From NCBI GenBank assembly GCA_050251875.1, contig JBFWMA010000001.1:32001-96000 (forward strand): a DNA stretch of 64,000 bases, written 5' to 3'. How positions within the stretch are numbered: position 1 is the stretch's first letter; each line of letters opens with the position of its first letter. Made by a program: the position numbers and the translations under genes. The notes beneath the pieces are model-generated. The model was not told the DNA's origin. It worked only from the letters and a program-made list of their open reading frames with translations, and made no database searches. This DNA comes from Deferribacterales bacterium. GTDB lineage: Bacteria > Chrysiogenota > Deferribacteres > Deferribacterales > Geovibrionaceae. Of the stretch, positions 1-9,875 are shown piece after piece.

Positions 1-1027
1 CGAGATACTGAAAAAAGTCGAGTTTTACGGCGGATCTGTGTATGCCTCCATGAGCCCTGATTTCATGGAAGTGACCCTCGCCATCCCGTCAGAGCAGTTC
101 GACAGGCTTTTCGGATACTATGTTCAGCTTATCAGCAACCCTGTGATAGATGAAGATGTTTTCAAGCGTGAGCAGGCGCTTCAGAAAGAGGAGATAATCT
201 CTGTGGAGGATAACCCCTCCGGAAAATCATATAAAAACTTTTCTAAGGCGACCTATGGTTTGCACCCATACTCTCTGGCGGAAGAGGGAACAATGGAGAG
301 CGTTAGCTCTCTGACCGTTCAGGATATGAAAAACTATGCCAAAGAGATGCTGATGGGCGCCAACATAACTCTGGCTGTCGCCGGAAACTACAGCGGTGAC
401 GAGCTGGAGAGAATCAGAGCGGCTTTCAGCTTTCTGCCCAGAGGCACAGCTTATAAACCTTCATGCGCCGCAAGCCGTATAGAGAAAGACACCACAGTGG
501 AAGACACAGATAAAAATGTGAAACAGGCAAAGCTGTATATCGGATACAACGCTCCGGACGCCGCAGACCCTGAATATCCCGCTGTGAAAGTCATCGCCGA
601 CATACTGGGCGGAGGTATGAGCAGCAGATATTTTAACGCTCTGCGCAAGGACAAGGGATACGCCTATTCCGTGGGGTCTATCTATGCCTCCAGACTCTGC
701 TCATCCAGGTTCGTCTCATACATCGGGCTCGATTATGCCAATGTTCCCGATGCCATAGCGTCCATAGAGAAGATAAACAAGGAATTTATAAACGATCTTA
801 CCCCGCAGGAGCTGGAATCAGTGAAGAACTACATGCTGGGCAAGATACTCACAGATTCGCAGACCAACGCAAAGCAGGCGTGGTATGCCTGTTTCTTCGA
901 AAACGTGGGGCTGAAGAGCACATTTTTCAGCAACTATATCGATGTTTTAAAGAATATTTCAGCGGACGATATCAAAAAAGCCGCAAAGATATTTGACGGA
1001 CCGAAGACTGTTTACATCTTAAAGTAA
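1..1027 (+). CDS. M16 (pitrilysin-like) peptidase family protein, 5'-truncated by the window edge
   Basis: The frame is open from the window start. It has M16 C-domain motifs ILGGGMSSRYFNALRKDKGYAYSV and YGLHPY..GT.ESV..LT..D. Confidence 0.85.
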   Translation, partial: EILKKVEFYGGSVYASMSPDFMEVTLAIPSEQFDRLFGYYVQLISNPVIDEDVFKREQALQKEEIISVEDNPSGKSYKNFSKATYGLHPYSLAEEGTMESVSSLTVQDMKNYAKEMLMGANITLAVAGNYSGDELERIRAAFSFLPRGTAYKPSCAASRIEKDTTVEDTDKNVKQAKLYIGYNAPDAADPEYPAVKVIADILGGGMSSRYFNALRKDKGYAYSVGSIYASRLCSSRFVSYIGLDYANVPDAIASIEKINKEFINDLTPQELESVKNYMLGKILTDSQTNAKQAWYACFFENVGLKSTFFSNYIDVLKNISADDIKKAAKIFDGPKTVYILK

Positions 1028-1052
1028 TTTCAAAAATTTTAATTTGAACAGG

Positions 1053-1081
1053 TATACATTCCGCCTCGTTTCTGATACAAT
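1053..1081 (+). promoter_or_regulatory. Candidate dnaA promoter with extended -10
   Basis: TG-a-TACAAT at 1073-1081, 34 nt upstream of the ATG. The -35 is weak. Confidence 0.5.
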
Positions 1082-1114
1082 ATTCCTTTATCTTATTTAA
1101 GGAATCAAAGGTAC

Positions 1115-2449
1115 ATGGACGAAAGCGGGATTTGGGAAGAGGTACTGAAGTACCTGCGTAAAGAACTGGATGAACAGGTGGTTAAAATATGGCTGGAGCC
1201 TCTGTCTATAGCGGAGCTCAGAGGCGATATGATCACATTGAGCGCCCCGAACAAGTTCTATAAACAGTGGGCGGATAACAAATATCTGTCAGTTATCAAA
1301 AAAGTCTTTAAAGAAAATCTTACGATAGACGCTGACGTTTCCATTATCGTTGGTTTGGAGAAGAAACCGCAGGCGGTGGAAGGCGCAAGCGTTCCGTCCG
1401 GCACATTCATTCAGATGCCGAAAAACGGCACAAATCTTAACAAAGACTACACCTTCGAAAACTTCGTTTCCGGTAATTCAAACGAGTTCGCCTATGCCGC
1501 TTGTCAGGCGGTGTCCGAAGGGCAGTTCATGCAGTATAACCCGCTCTTTATATACGGCGGAGTCGGTCTTGGTAAGACACACATGATGCATGGCGTAGGG
1601 AACAGGATTCTGGAGAAATTTCCGAAGATGAAAGTCCTCTACTGTACCAGCGAAACTTTCACCAACGAAATGATAAACGCTATCCGTATGAAGAAGATGG
1701 ATGAGTTTCAGAATAAATATAGAAATATCGACCTGATGCTTTTCGATGATGTCCAGTTTCTGGCGGGAAAACAGAGAAGCACAGAAGAATTTTTCAATAC
1801 ATTCAACGCTTTGTATGATAATCAGAAACAGATAATCATCACCAGCGACAAGACTCCGGCGGAGATTCCCGAGATGGAAGAGAGGCTCAAGAGCCGCTTC
1901 TCCTGGGGACTCATAGCCGATATCCAGCCGCCAAGCATAGAGGAGAAGACCGCTATCCTCATCAAACGTGCCGAGCACATGGGGCTTAACCTGCCCAGTG
2001 AGGTCGCTCTTTTCATGGCGCAGAATCTGGTTACGGAGAACATCAGAGAGCTGATAGGCGCTCTGGTGCGCTTAAGCGCTTTTTCATCCTTTCACAAGAG
2101 AGGACTCACTATAGATCTGGCTCAGTCCGCTCTGGAAAAATTTCTGGTGAAGAAGGACAGAGCTGTGTCTTCCGAAGACATTATTGAAGCCGTCACAAAA
2201 TATTTTAACGTGAAACTGGCTGATATGAAGTCCAAAAAACGTACAAAGAGCATCTCCATGCCCCGTCAGGTTGCGATGTATATGCTCAGAGAGAAGATGA
2301 ATCTGTCTTTGCAGGAGATAGGGACACTGTTCGGCGGGAGAGACCACTCCACTGTTCTGCACGCCGTAAACTCCATCGGCGACAAGAACAAAGAGAGCCG
2401 AGAGATTCAGCTTATCATCAGCACCATAGAGAAAGAACTCTATTCATAA
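1115..2449 (+). CDS. dnaA: Chromosomal replication initiator DnaA
   Basis: YTFENFV, YNPLFIYGGVGLGKTH Walker A, DDVQF, RLKSRF, and domain IV RQVAMY..GGRDHSTVLHA. Confidence 0.99.
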   Translation: MDESGIWEEVLKYLRKELDEQVVKIWLEPLSIAELRGDMITLSAPNKFYKQWADNKYLSVIKKVFKENLTIDADVSIIVGLEKKPQAVEGASVPSGTFIQMPKNGTNLNKDYTFENFVSGNSNEFAYAACQAVSEGQFMQYNPLFIYGGVGLGKTHMMHGVGNRILEKFPKMKVLYCTSETFTNEMINAIRMKKMDEFQNKYRNIDLMLFDDVQFLAGKQRSTEEFFNTFNALYDNQKQIIITSDKTPAEIPEMEERLKSRFSWGLIADIQPPSIEEKTAILIKRAEHMGLNLPSEVALFMAQNLVTENIRELIGALVRLSAFSSFHKRGLTIDLAQSALEKFLVKKDRAVSSEDIIEAVTKYFNVKLADMKSKKRTKSISMPRQVAMYMLREKMNLSLQEIGTLFGGRDHSTVLHAVNSIGDKNKESREIQLIISTIEKELYS

Positions 2450-2472
2450 GACGACATTAATTATTTATAATG

Positions 2473-2507
2473 AAAAAAGAAAGCCCCGCATAAGCGGGGC
2501 TTTTTAT
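2473..2507. terminator. Bidirectional intrinsic terminator between dnaA and dapL
   Basis: aaagccccgc-ataa-gcggggcttt flanked by A and T runs. Confidence 0.9.
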
Positions 2508-3737
2508 TTAGAATATGTAGGTTTCTGTGGCGAGTCTCTCGTCAATTATTTTTGCTATCCTCTCCTCAGCCTCTGTGGTGGGAGCGTCAAAAGTAACGGA
2601 GAAACGCAGGAAATGTCCGGCATCGTCCCACGGAACGGAAGAGATCAGTTTCTCTCTGATGAGGAAGTCGCAGAACTGCTCAGCGTTCTCGAACTTGCGT
2701 CCGGATACTGTGGCTTTGGGGATCCCGAAATACAGATAGAAAGATCCTTTGGGCTCGTTCACTGTGAAGCCGTGTTTGCGCAGAACTTTTGCCAGCATGT
2801 TCAGCCTTCTGGCATATTTATGCTTGGTTGTCTCGATCATTTTTGGGTTTTCCAGACAGTAGCATCCTGCTTTCTGAATCGGGATGAACTGACCGGAATC
2901 GTTGTTGTCCTTCACTGTGGCGAATGCTTTTACCAGATGCTCGTTTCCGCATACGAATCCGAGTCTCCAGCCTGTCATGTTGTAAGACTTGCTGAGTGAG
3001 TGGATCTCTATACCCACTTCCATAGCGCCGTCTATGCTGAGGAAAGACAGAGGCTCTTCGCCGTATGTCAGCTCTATGTAGGCGGCATCGGAGATAACGG
3101 CTATGTCGTTCTCTTTAGCGAATTTTACCACTTCCTGATAGAACTCTTTTGTGGCAACAGCGCCTGTGGGGTTGTTGGGATAGTTCATGTAGAAGAATTT
3201 AGCTCTCTTTTTGATATCATCGGGGATATCTTTCAGAACGGGGAGGAAGTTGTTCTCCTGAAGCAGGGGCACATTATATACTTCTCCGCCGAGATATTTT
3301 GTGATTGTGCCGGATACGGGATATCCGGGAACAGTCATGATGGCAACGTCTCCGGGGTTGATCAGACAGATCGGGATCATAGCCAGAGCGGGTTTTGAAC
3401 CGATGCTGTGGTTGATCTGTGTCATGGCGTCAATTTCCACGCCGAAACGTTTTTTCATATAATTAGCGGCGGCGATTTTGAACTCGTCTATGCCGTTGTC
3501 GGAATAGAATCTGTTCTCTCTCTTTGTGGCCTCGAGCTGAAGCACTTTTACCACTTCGTCATGGGCCATAGCGTCCGGCTCGCCAACGCCCATGTCTATG
3601 AGTTCAACTCCGGGGTTGTCTTTCATAGCGGCGCGCTTAGCCCTTTTGATTTTTTCAAACTTGTAGATAGTTGTGTCCTTTCCGAACATCTTACCGCCAA
3701 GCCTTTCTGAAATCATGTTCTCCATAAACTGGCTCAT
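2508..3737 (-). CDS. dapL: LL-diaminopimelate aminotransferase (class I PLP enzyme)
   Basis: IDMGVGEPD, NYPNNPTG, DAAY, HSLSKSYNMTGWRLGF, and KDNNDSGQF typical of DapL. Confidence 0.85.
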   Translation of the reverse strand: MSQFMENMISERLGGKMFGKDTTIYKFEKIKRAKRAAMKDNPGVELIDMGVGEPDAMAHDEVVKVLQLEATKRENRFYSDNGIDEFKIAAANYMKKRFGVEIDAMTQINHSIGSKPALAMIPICLINPGDVAIMTVPGYPVSGTITKYLGGEVYNVPLLQENNFLPVLKDIPDDIKKRAKFFYMNYPNNPTGAVATKEFYQEVVKFAKENDIAVISDAAYIELTYGEEPLSFLSIDGAMEVGIEIHSLSKSYNMTGWRLGFVCGNEHLVKAFATVKDNNDSGQFIPIQKAGCYCLENPKMIETTKHKYARRLNMLAKVLRKHGFTVNEPKGSFYLYFGIPKATVSGRKFENAEQFCDFLIREKLISSVPWDDAGHFLRFSVTFDAPTTEAEERIAKIIDERLATETYIF

Positions 3738-3747
3738 TGTTTTCTCC

Positions 3748-4662
3748 CTAAGGTTTCTTATTATCCTGTCCCTGATCTTCGCAGATGGTGCAGTCTGGGC
3801 ACATCTCCGGTTTGCAGGGTTCGATATATATGTTCACGTCAGCATTCTCTATGCCGCGTTTTATTCTCTGTTCGATATCCGCCCGGATATCATTTCCTTC
3901 TTTCAGGCTCATCTTGTTGAACAGCACCAGGTGCATGTCGATGAACCGCAGGTTTCCGGCGGAGCGGGTGCGCAGATTGTGCACCTCCACTATCTCGCTG
4001 CTGTGGCTTTCCAGAATCTCACGCAGAATCTGCATGTCCTCCTCCGGGAGGGTTTCGTCCAGCAGTTCTCTGGTGACCTGTAGATTCAGCCGGAGAGCGG
4101 AAAAGATAATATACACCGCAATTACGGCACTGACAATAGCGTCTATTATGTGAAGACCGGTAAACTTAATAATTATTAGAGCGGAAAGAACGCCTATGCC
4201 GCTCAAAATATCCGTTTTGTAATGCAGACTGTCAGCGTGGAGCACGGTGGAGTTCAGCTTTATGGCGGCTTTCTTCAGAAAGACCACCAGAAAAGACGTT
4301 ATGATAATGCTTATAACCATAACGGTTATGTTTATGCCAACTGCCTTTATCTCTGTCTTTTCGGTGATGTTCATGTATGCCTTATAAAGGATGAATATCC
4401 CTGAAAAGAGGATTATGAAAGACTGAATCTGAGCCGCCAGAGGCTCGAATTTGCTGTGTCCGTATGGGTGGTTCTCGTCCGGGGGCGACATGGACACCTT
4501 GATGGCGAAAAAATTTATAGTGGAAGACAGTATATCCAGCATAGAGTCGAAAGCGGACGAAAGCACCGCCAGCGAACCCGACCAGATTCCCACTATGGCC
4601 TTAAAAACAGCAAGAAACACCGCCGTGGCGATGGATATCTTGGTGGCGTTAAGTTTTGTCAG
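3748..4662 (-). CDS. Cation diffusion facilitator (FieF-like) transporter; start probably non-canonical, upstream of the ORF-track GTG at 4620
   Basis: SGSLAVLSSAFDS..D, PPDENHPYGHSKFE, ADSLHYKTD and the C-terminal LRTR.AG dimerisation domain. TM1 extends upstream to CTG at 4662. Confidence 0.9.
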   Translation of the reverse strand: MTKLNATKISIATAVFLAVFKAIVGIWSGSLAVLSSAFDSMLDILSSTINFFAIKVSMSPPDENHPYGHSKFEPLAAQIQSFIILFSGIFILYKAYMNITEKTEIKAVGINITVMVISIIITSFLVVFLKKAAIKLNSTVLHADSLHYKTDILSGIGVLSALIIIKFTGLHIIDAIVSAVIAVYIIFSALRLNLQVTRELLDETLPEEDMQILREILESHSSEIVEVHNLRTRSAGNLRFIDMHLVLFNKMSLKEGNDIRADIEQRIKRGIENADVNIYIEPCKPEMCPDCTICEDQGQDNKKP

Positions 4663-5564
4663 TCTGATGGCTTCTGCTCCTCAGGAGTCTGCTGCCTGCC
4701 GTACAGGTTGAACCATACGCTGAAAAGCCCAAGCAGCGCAATGAGGATTATAGCGGGGGGTTCTGAAAATATAAAGACAAATATTAGGGCTCTGATGACC
4801 GGAAATATCCTGAGCCTTATCATCCAGTGGGTCATGATATCAAACCCCTGAAAGGCATAGAGTGTCATCATTATAATAATAAGGTTCAGCCCGATGTGCC
4901 TCACCATGTCCTGTTTTATGAAGATCATGGCGAATCCCGCTATCAGCAGCCAGACCAGATTGTCCGGCAGACGGAATTTAGGAAGCTGAATCCTTCTCAT
5001 TTTAGCGTAAAGGTTCAGAGCGATGTGGGCGGAGAAAGCTGTGAAAACATAGTTCACCGCCGGAAATACAAGAACAATAGAGAGCGCCGCCTCACGGGTC
5101 ATGGAGCTGACTTTCAGAAAATAGTCCTCTCCCGCCACAGGCGATTTGGATGATTTTACCGCATCCAGAAAAGTGATGAGCGCTTTTTCGGCAACGTCCG
5201 TCATCTCGTTTCTGTATGAGCTGAAAAGATATACGGCGATAAACACGGAAAGCAGTGTCAGAAGAGGCGTCACGGCGGCAGGAATCCATGGGTCGAGCCG
5301 TCCGGATTTCAGATATCTGTGTATGAACAGAGCCGGAGCCAGAACGGAAATGAGGTAAAATCCCGCCAGCACAGGACCAATGCCCGCCAGAACAGCGATG
5401 AGCCCTGCCAGATAAAGGTCGGAGAACCGGTTTCTCTTCTCCAGATCGGAGTACAGAAGGAGAAGCATCGGCGAAAAGACAGCCGTAACCAGACCAACCT
5501 GTGGCACGAACGCCATAAGAGCGTAAAAAAGAACTGATGCTAAAGGGTAGATTAAAAACTGCAT
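4659..5564 (-). CDS. YybS/DUF2232-family membrane protein
   Basis: Multi-pass hydrophobic protein with FRLPDNLVW and YAFQGF motifs, in the position directly after rpsR where this family usually lies. Confidence 0.7.
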   Translation of the reverse strand: MQFLIYPLASVLFYALMAFVPQVGLVTAVFSPMLLLLYSDLEKRNRFSDLYLAGLIAVLAGIGPVLAGFYLISVLAPALFIHRYLKSGRLDPWIPAAVTPLLTLLSVFIAVYLFSSYRNEMTDVAEKALITFLDAVKSSKSPVAGEDYFLKVSSMTREAALSIVLVFPAVNYVFTAFSAHIALNLYAKMRRIQLPKFRLPDNLVWLLIAGFAMIFIKQDMVRHIGLNLIIIMMTLYAFQGFDIMTHWMIRLRIFPVIRALIFVFIFSEPPAIILIALLGLFSVWFNLYGRQQTPEEQKPSD

Positions 5565-5567
5565 GGT

Positions 5568-5598
5568 AAAAAAATGGGGAGGTTGTTCGCCTCCCCTT
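5568..5598 (-). terminator. Intrinsic terminator after rpsR
   Basis: On the minus strand, ggggagg-cgaacaa-cctcccc followed by a T run. Confidence 0.75.
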
Positions 5599-5604
5599 AT
5601 TTAA

Positions 5605-5835
5605 TTATCTGTTGAGGCTGAAAGGCAGCAGAGCGATAACTCTGGCAGTCTTAACAGCGGTTGAGAGGGCTCTCTGGTGTTTAGCGCATGTGCCTGTAAG
5701 TCTTCTGGGCATTATTTTGCCTCTTTCTGTAACATACTGGCGGAGCAGCTTAACATCTTTGTAGTCAATATCTATAGCTTCTGTGCAGAATTTGCATACT
5801 TTTCTGCGCTGGAATTTGCGTCTTACAACAGCCAT
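5605..5835 (-). CDS. rpsR: 30S ribosomal protein S18 (Zn-ribbon form)
   Basis: [32 protein letters not shown]. Confidence 0.99.
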   Translation of the reverse strand: MAVVRRKFQRRKVCKFCTEAIDIDYKDVKLLRQYVTERGKIMPRRLTGTCAKHQRALSTAVKTARVIALLPFSLNR

Positions 5836-5846
5836 TTTCTTTCCTC

Positions 5847-6242
5847 CTAAAATGGAATATCGTCTTCGTCTATGGCACCGGCTGAAGGTACGTCGAATGC
5901 TCCTGAGCCGTATTCACTCTTGCTGTCTCTTCTGGAGACGAACTGAATGTTTTCGGCGACCACCTCATGTTTAGAGCGCTTCTGACCTTCTGTTTCCCAT
6001 GTGCTGTACTGGAGTCTGCCTTCAATCAGAAGGGGCATGCCTTTTGTGACATATTCGCCGCACATTTCGGCTGTTTTGCCGAAGGTGACGATGTCGATGA
6101 AGCATGTTTCTTCCTTGTCCTTCATTTTTCTCGTAATAGCCAGCCCAAACTTAGCCACGGGCAGATCACGTCCGGGGATAAAACGAACCTCGGGGTTGCG
6201 TGTGACATTTCCGAGCAGCATTACTTTATTAAGGAAGCCCAT
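5847..6242 (-). CDS. ssb: Single-stranded DNA-binding protein
   Basis: [20 protein letters not shown], and C-terminal DDIPF. Confidence 0.99.
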   Translation of the reverse strand: MGFLNKVMLLGNVTRNPEVRFIPGRDLPVAKFGLAITRKMKDKEETCFIDIVTFGKTAEMCGEYVTKGMPLLIEGRLQYSTWETEGQKRSKHEVVAENIQFVSRRDSKSEYGSGAFDVPSAGAIDEDDIPF

Positions 6243-6260
6243 AAAATCCTCCCGCAGAAA

Positions 6261-6710
6261 TTATTCTGCTGAGTCTTCTTCTGTTGTTTCTTCGCCCTCG
6301 GGCGCGTCAACCACTACATCGTCAGAGTCAGATTTCTCGTCATCTTCTCTGGGTCTTCTGACACCGGGTTTTTTGGCGAAGCGTTTAGCGCCGGTATCCT
6401 TTTTAGGATTGAGTTTGAATTTTTTCTCATCGATGGCGACAATGACAAATCTGAGAACGTTTTCGTTGTAACGGTAACGGATTGTCAGCTCGTCAGGATA
6501 GTTTTCGGAAGCCTCAAACTGGATAAGATAGTAGTAGCCTTCAGCGTAGTTTTCTATGGAATAAGCCATAGTAACTCTGCCCCACGCTTCTACTTTGATG
6601 ATCTTTCCGCCGTTCTGCTCGATGTTGTTCTTGTAGAACTCAAGCTCTTTTTCGAGCTCATCCTGTTGCAGGTCGGGGCGGACGATGAATACGGTTTCGT
6701 AAGTGTTCAT
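6261..6710 (-). CDS. rpsF: 30S ribosomal protein S6 with acidic C-terminal tail
   Basis: MNTYETVFIVRPDL..WG...AY.I....GYY. ATG at 6710 is preceded by the AAGGAGG SD. Confidence 0.97.
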   Translation of the reverse strand: MNTYETVFIVRPDLQQDELEKELEFYKNNIEQNGGKIIKVEAWGRVTMAYSIENYAEGYYYLIQFEASENYPDELTIRYRYNENVLRFVIVAIDEKKFKLNPKKDTGAKRFAKKPGVRRPREDDEKSDSDDVVVDAPEGEETTEEDSAE

Positions 6711-6765
6711 ATATCCTCCTTCGTGGATTAAATAGCCGTATATTTTATATATATACAGCAAAGGT
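6711..6765 (-). promoter_or_regulatory. S6:S18 ribosomal-protein leader RNA (autoregulatory)
   Basis: Minus strand reads CCTTTGCTGTATAT-ATATAAA-ATATACGGC-TATTTAAT-CCA-CGAAGGAGG. The outer stem pairs with the SD, there is an inner stem, and an unpaired CCR matches the known motif. Confidence 0.8.
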
Positions 6766-6859
6766 GGTTGTGACTTTTAACAGGATACATATGAAAAGTC
6801 AATGTTAATAATCTTGAAACCTGCTTTGTATATGCTATCATCACCCAAAAGGAGAAAAT

Positions 6860-7858
6860 ATGGAAAATATATCAGCAGATTCCGCCGGACACTCAGGGTT
6901 CAGATTTTCAGGGCGGGCCGGAGAATATTTCAGCATATGGATAGTCAATATCCTGCTGAGCATAGTCACATTCGGGATTTATTCCGCATGGGCGAAGGTC
7001 AGGAGAAAGAGATATTTTTACGGATGCACCACTCTTGACGGCTCATGTTTTGAATATCTGGCGGAGCCGAAGCGGATTCTGATCGGAAGGATTATCGTCT
7101 TTTCGCTTTATACAGTATGGATTGGCGTTTCAAAGCTCGCTCCGGTGTTCAGCGTTGTTCTGTTAATACCGCTGGCGCTCTTTATTCCTGTAATCATTAA
7201 TAAGGCTCTTAAATTTAACGCTTATAATACAAGCTATAGAAATGTAAGGTTCTATTATCAGTCATCCTATAAAGAGACTCTGTATGTTTTTGTCCTGCTC
7301 GGAGCGCTGTCGGCAATAACTCTGGGCATCATGTTTCCATACTATGTCTACCGCATCAAAAAACACATAATAGAGCACAGCAGATACGGGCTTCAGCATT
7401 TTCATTTCAGCGGAAGACCCGGCAGGTTTTATTCAATATATATAGGCGTTGCCGTTATAGCTGTTTGCATGACAATAGCCGGGGCGGCTATGATAAAGGT
7501 TATTCCTCTGCTTGTTCCTTTCATCTGGATTCTGGGATATGCCTTTGCGACAACACATCTGTATGTTTCCCAGACCAACTACATTTTTGATAACGTCAGG
7601 CTTAGAGATATCAAATTCAGAAGCACTATGAATTCGTCAGGCTATTTTTTAATAGCGGCTGTGAATTATTTTGTGATAGCGCTGACTCTGGGGCTGATGA
7701 TCCCCTGGGCAAAAATCAGAATCACCAGATACAGGCTGGAGAACATGGCTGTGCTGGCAGGCAGCAGCCTCGATTCTTTCGCCGCGGAAGAATTCGCTCA
7801 GGTGGGAGCGACAGGCGAGGAGTTCAGCGACTTTTTTGACTTTGACATGGGACTGTGA
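6860..7858 (+). CDS. YjgN/DUF898-family membrane protein
   Basis: F.FSG.AGEYF.IWIVNILLSIVTFGIYSAWAKVR.KRYFY signature. Confidence 0.9.
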   Translation: MENISADSAGHSGFRFSGRAGEYFSIWIVNILLSIVTFGIYSAWAKVRRKRYFYGCTTLDGSCFEYLAEPKRILIGRIIVFSLYTVWIGVSKLAPVFSVVLLIPLALFIPVIINKALKFNAYNTSYRNVRFYYQSSYKETLYVFVLLGALSAITLGIMFPYYVYRIKKHIIEHSRYGLQHFHFSGRPGRFYSIYIGVAVIAVCMTIAGAAMIKVIPLLVPFIWILGYAFATTHLYVSQTNYIFDNVRLRDIKFRSTMNSSGYFLIAAVNYFVIALTLGLMIPWAKIRITRYRLENMAVLAGSSLDSFAAEEFAQVGATGEEFSDFFDFDMGL

Positions 7859-8877
7859 TGGAGTTCTCAGGCTATTACTATAACGGCAAAAACTCAGGCA
7901 GAGAGGATGTCTCGGCTGAGTTTATAAACGGCAGAATAATTGTGCGTTCAGACAGAGGCGTCCTCTGTGATTACAACGCCGACAGCGTTTTGATGAAGAG
8001 TGGTGTCGGAAGCGCTCCGTCGCACATAATTTTCCCGGACGGCTCGTCCGTTGAGACGAAAGACAATGCCGCTGTTAATCATATTCAGGCGTCCCTGAAA
8101 AAAAACAGTCTGTGGCTTTTTGTTGGCAGGCTGGAAAGCCGCCGCAGATATATATTTTTATCGTTTGTGTCTGTGGTGCTTATTTTTCTGGGCGCTTTTT
8201 TCTATGGCGTGCCGGCTCTGTCGAAGGCGGTGGCGTTCTCTCTCCCCGTTGAGACCAACAGGGTGATCGCAAACGGAACGCTGAAGATGCTGGATGAGCA
8301 TCTGTTTTCCCCGAGCCGTCTGACCGTTGAGAGAAAGGCGGGACTCACTGAAAGTTTTGACAGAATGCTGAGAGGGCTTCCGGAAGGATTTGAGTATAAA
8401 CTTGTGTTCCGCTCCGGCGGAAAACTCGGTGCCAATGCCATGGCTCTGCCGGACGGCACCGTGGTTGTCACTGACGAGCTGGTGAATCTATCAGGCAGGG
8501 ATGAGGAGATTACGGCTGTTCTGGCTCATGAGCTTGGGCATGTGGCGATGAGACACGGCGTCAGAACTCTGCTTCAGGGATCTGTCATATCCGCCGCTGT
8601 TATTGCCGTCACTGGGGACGTGTCTTCTCTGACTGTGGGTATCCCGGCGCTTCTTGTTAAATCGAAATATTCCAGAGAATTCGAGAGGGAAGCGGACCGG
8701 TTCGCGATAAAGCTGCTGACGGAGCATAATATTTCTGTTATTTATTTTGCGGATATACTGACAAAGCTGAGCGAACAGCACAAAGAGTCAGGAAGCAGGG
8801 TGACGGATTATATCTCGTCACATCCGGCGACTAAAGAGAGAGTAAAGATGATCCGAGAAGCGGCAGAAGGTATTTAG
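7855..8877 (+). CDS. M48-family metallopeptidase
   Basis: NAMALPDG, HELGH (HExxH), YSREFEREAD and SHP..ER. Confidence 0.92.
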   Translation: MMEFSGYYYNGKNSGREDVSAEFINGRIIVRSDRGVLCDYNADSVLMKSGVGSAPSHIIFPDGSSVETKDNAAVNHIQASLKKNSLWLFVGRLESRRRYIFLSFVSVVLIFLGAFFYGVPALSKAVAFSLPVETNRVIANGTLKMLDEHLFSPSRLTVERKAGLTESFDRMLRGLPEGFEYKLVFRSGGKLGANAMALPDGTVVVTDELVNLSGRDEEITAVLAHELGHVAMRHGVRTLLQGSVISAAVIAVTGDVSSLTVGIPALLVKSKYSREFEREADRFAIKLLTEHNISVIYFADILTKLSEQHKESGSRVTDYISSHPATKERVKMIREAAEGI

Positions 8878-9786
8878 ATGGCTGGTTTTGAAAAGGAATA
8901 CACTATCACGGCGGAAGAGGGCGGCAAGAGGCTCGACTCATATATATCCGCTGTGACGGATATTTCCAGATCCCACGCTGAGCGCCTGATATCAGAGGGG
9001 CATGTTTTCGTTAACGGTGTTCTGAAAGAAAAAAAATATAAAATCAGCATCGGAGACGTGCTTGATATCAAGGTTCCCGCCGAGAAAGTGCCTGATCTTA
9101 CCCCCAGGGAAATGGATATCTCTGTGATATTCGAATGTGAGCAGTACGCCGTTATAGACAAGCCGGCGGGGATTACCGTGCATCCGGCGGCGGGTACAGG
9201 TGACGACACCATAGTGAACGGTCTGCTCCACAGATTCGACATCAGAGACGATAACGATGTCCGACCCGGAATAGTGCACAGGCTGGACAAGGACACGTCC
9301 GGCATACTTCTGGTGGCGAAGAACAGAACCGCCAGAGAAAGGCTGTCCAAACTGTTCGCCGACAGAGAGGTGGACAAGAGCTATCTGGCTGTCTGCTGGG
9401 GAAATCCGAAGTTCGACCATATGGTTTTAGAGGCTCCGGTGGGGCGGCATATTAAGGACAGAAAAAAGATGTCGGTGACCGAAAACGGGCGCTATGCTAA
9501 AAGTGAAATCACTGTTCTAAAACGGCTGAGGGGCGCATTTTTGGCTGAAGTTAAAATATACACCGGACGTACACACCAGATCAGGGTGCACATGAGCCAT
9601 CTGGGTTTTCCGGTTGCCGGAGACAAGGTGTATGGTAATAGAAATTCCCTTAGTCTAAAGATAGATAGGCAGGCTCTGCACTCCCGCAGATTGAGCTTTA
9701 CCGACCCCTTTTCGGGTGAAAAAATGGAGTTCGTGTCACCCATGCCGGATGACATGGAAATGTTAATAAAAAGACTGGATTTGTGA
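8878..9786 (+). CDS. rluD: RluA/RluD-family pseudouridine synthase with S4 domain
   Basis: RLD S4 domain, KPAG.TVHP, HRLDKDTSG, TGRTHQIRVH. Confidence 0.9.
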   Translation: MAGFEKEYTITAEEGGKRLDSYISAVTDISRSHAERLISEGHVFVNGVLKEKKYKISIGDVLDIKVPAEKVPDLTPREMDISVIFECEQYAVIDKPAGITVHPAAGTGDDTIVNGLLHRFDIRDDNDVRPGIVHRLDKDTSGILLVAKNRTARERLSKLFADREVDKSYLAVCWGNPKFDHMVLEAPVGRHIKDRKKMSVTENGRYAKSEITVLKRLRGAFLAEVKIYTGRTHQIRVHMSHLGFPVAGDKVYGNRNSLSLKIDRQALHSRRLSFTDPFSGEKMEFVSPMPDDMEMLIKRLDL

Positions 9787-9875
9787 TAATATTCTGAACT
9801 TGCGCTAACTAGTTACGGGTGTTCAAACCCGCCCGGGATGCCGGAAATCTTTTAATCCTAAAACGATGTTTCTTG

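Noticed and set aside
1028..1114. oriC upstream or downstream of dnaA
   Set aside because: The gaps are short and have no recognisable DnaA-box cluster.
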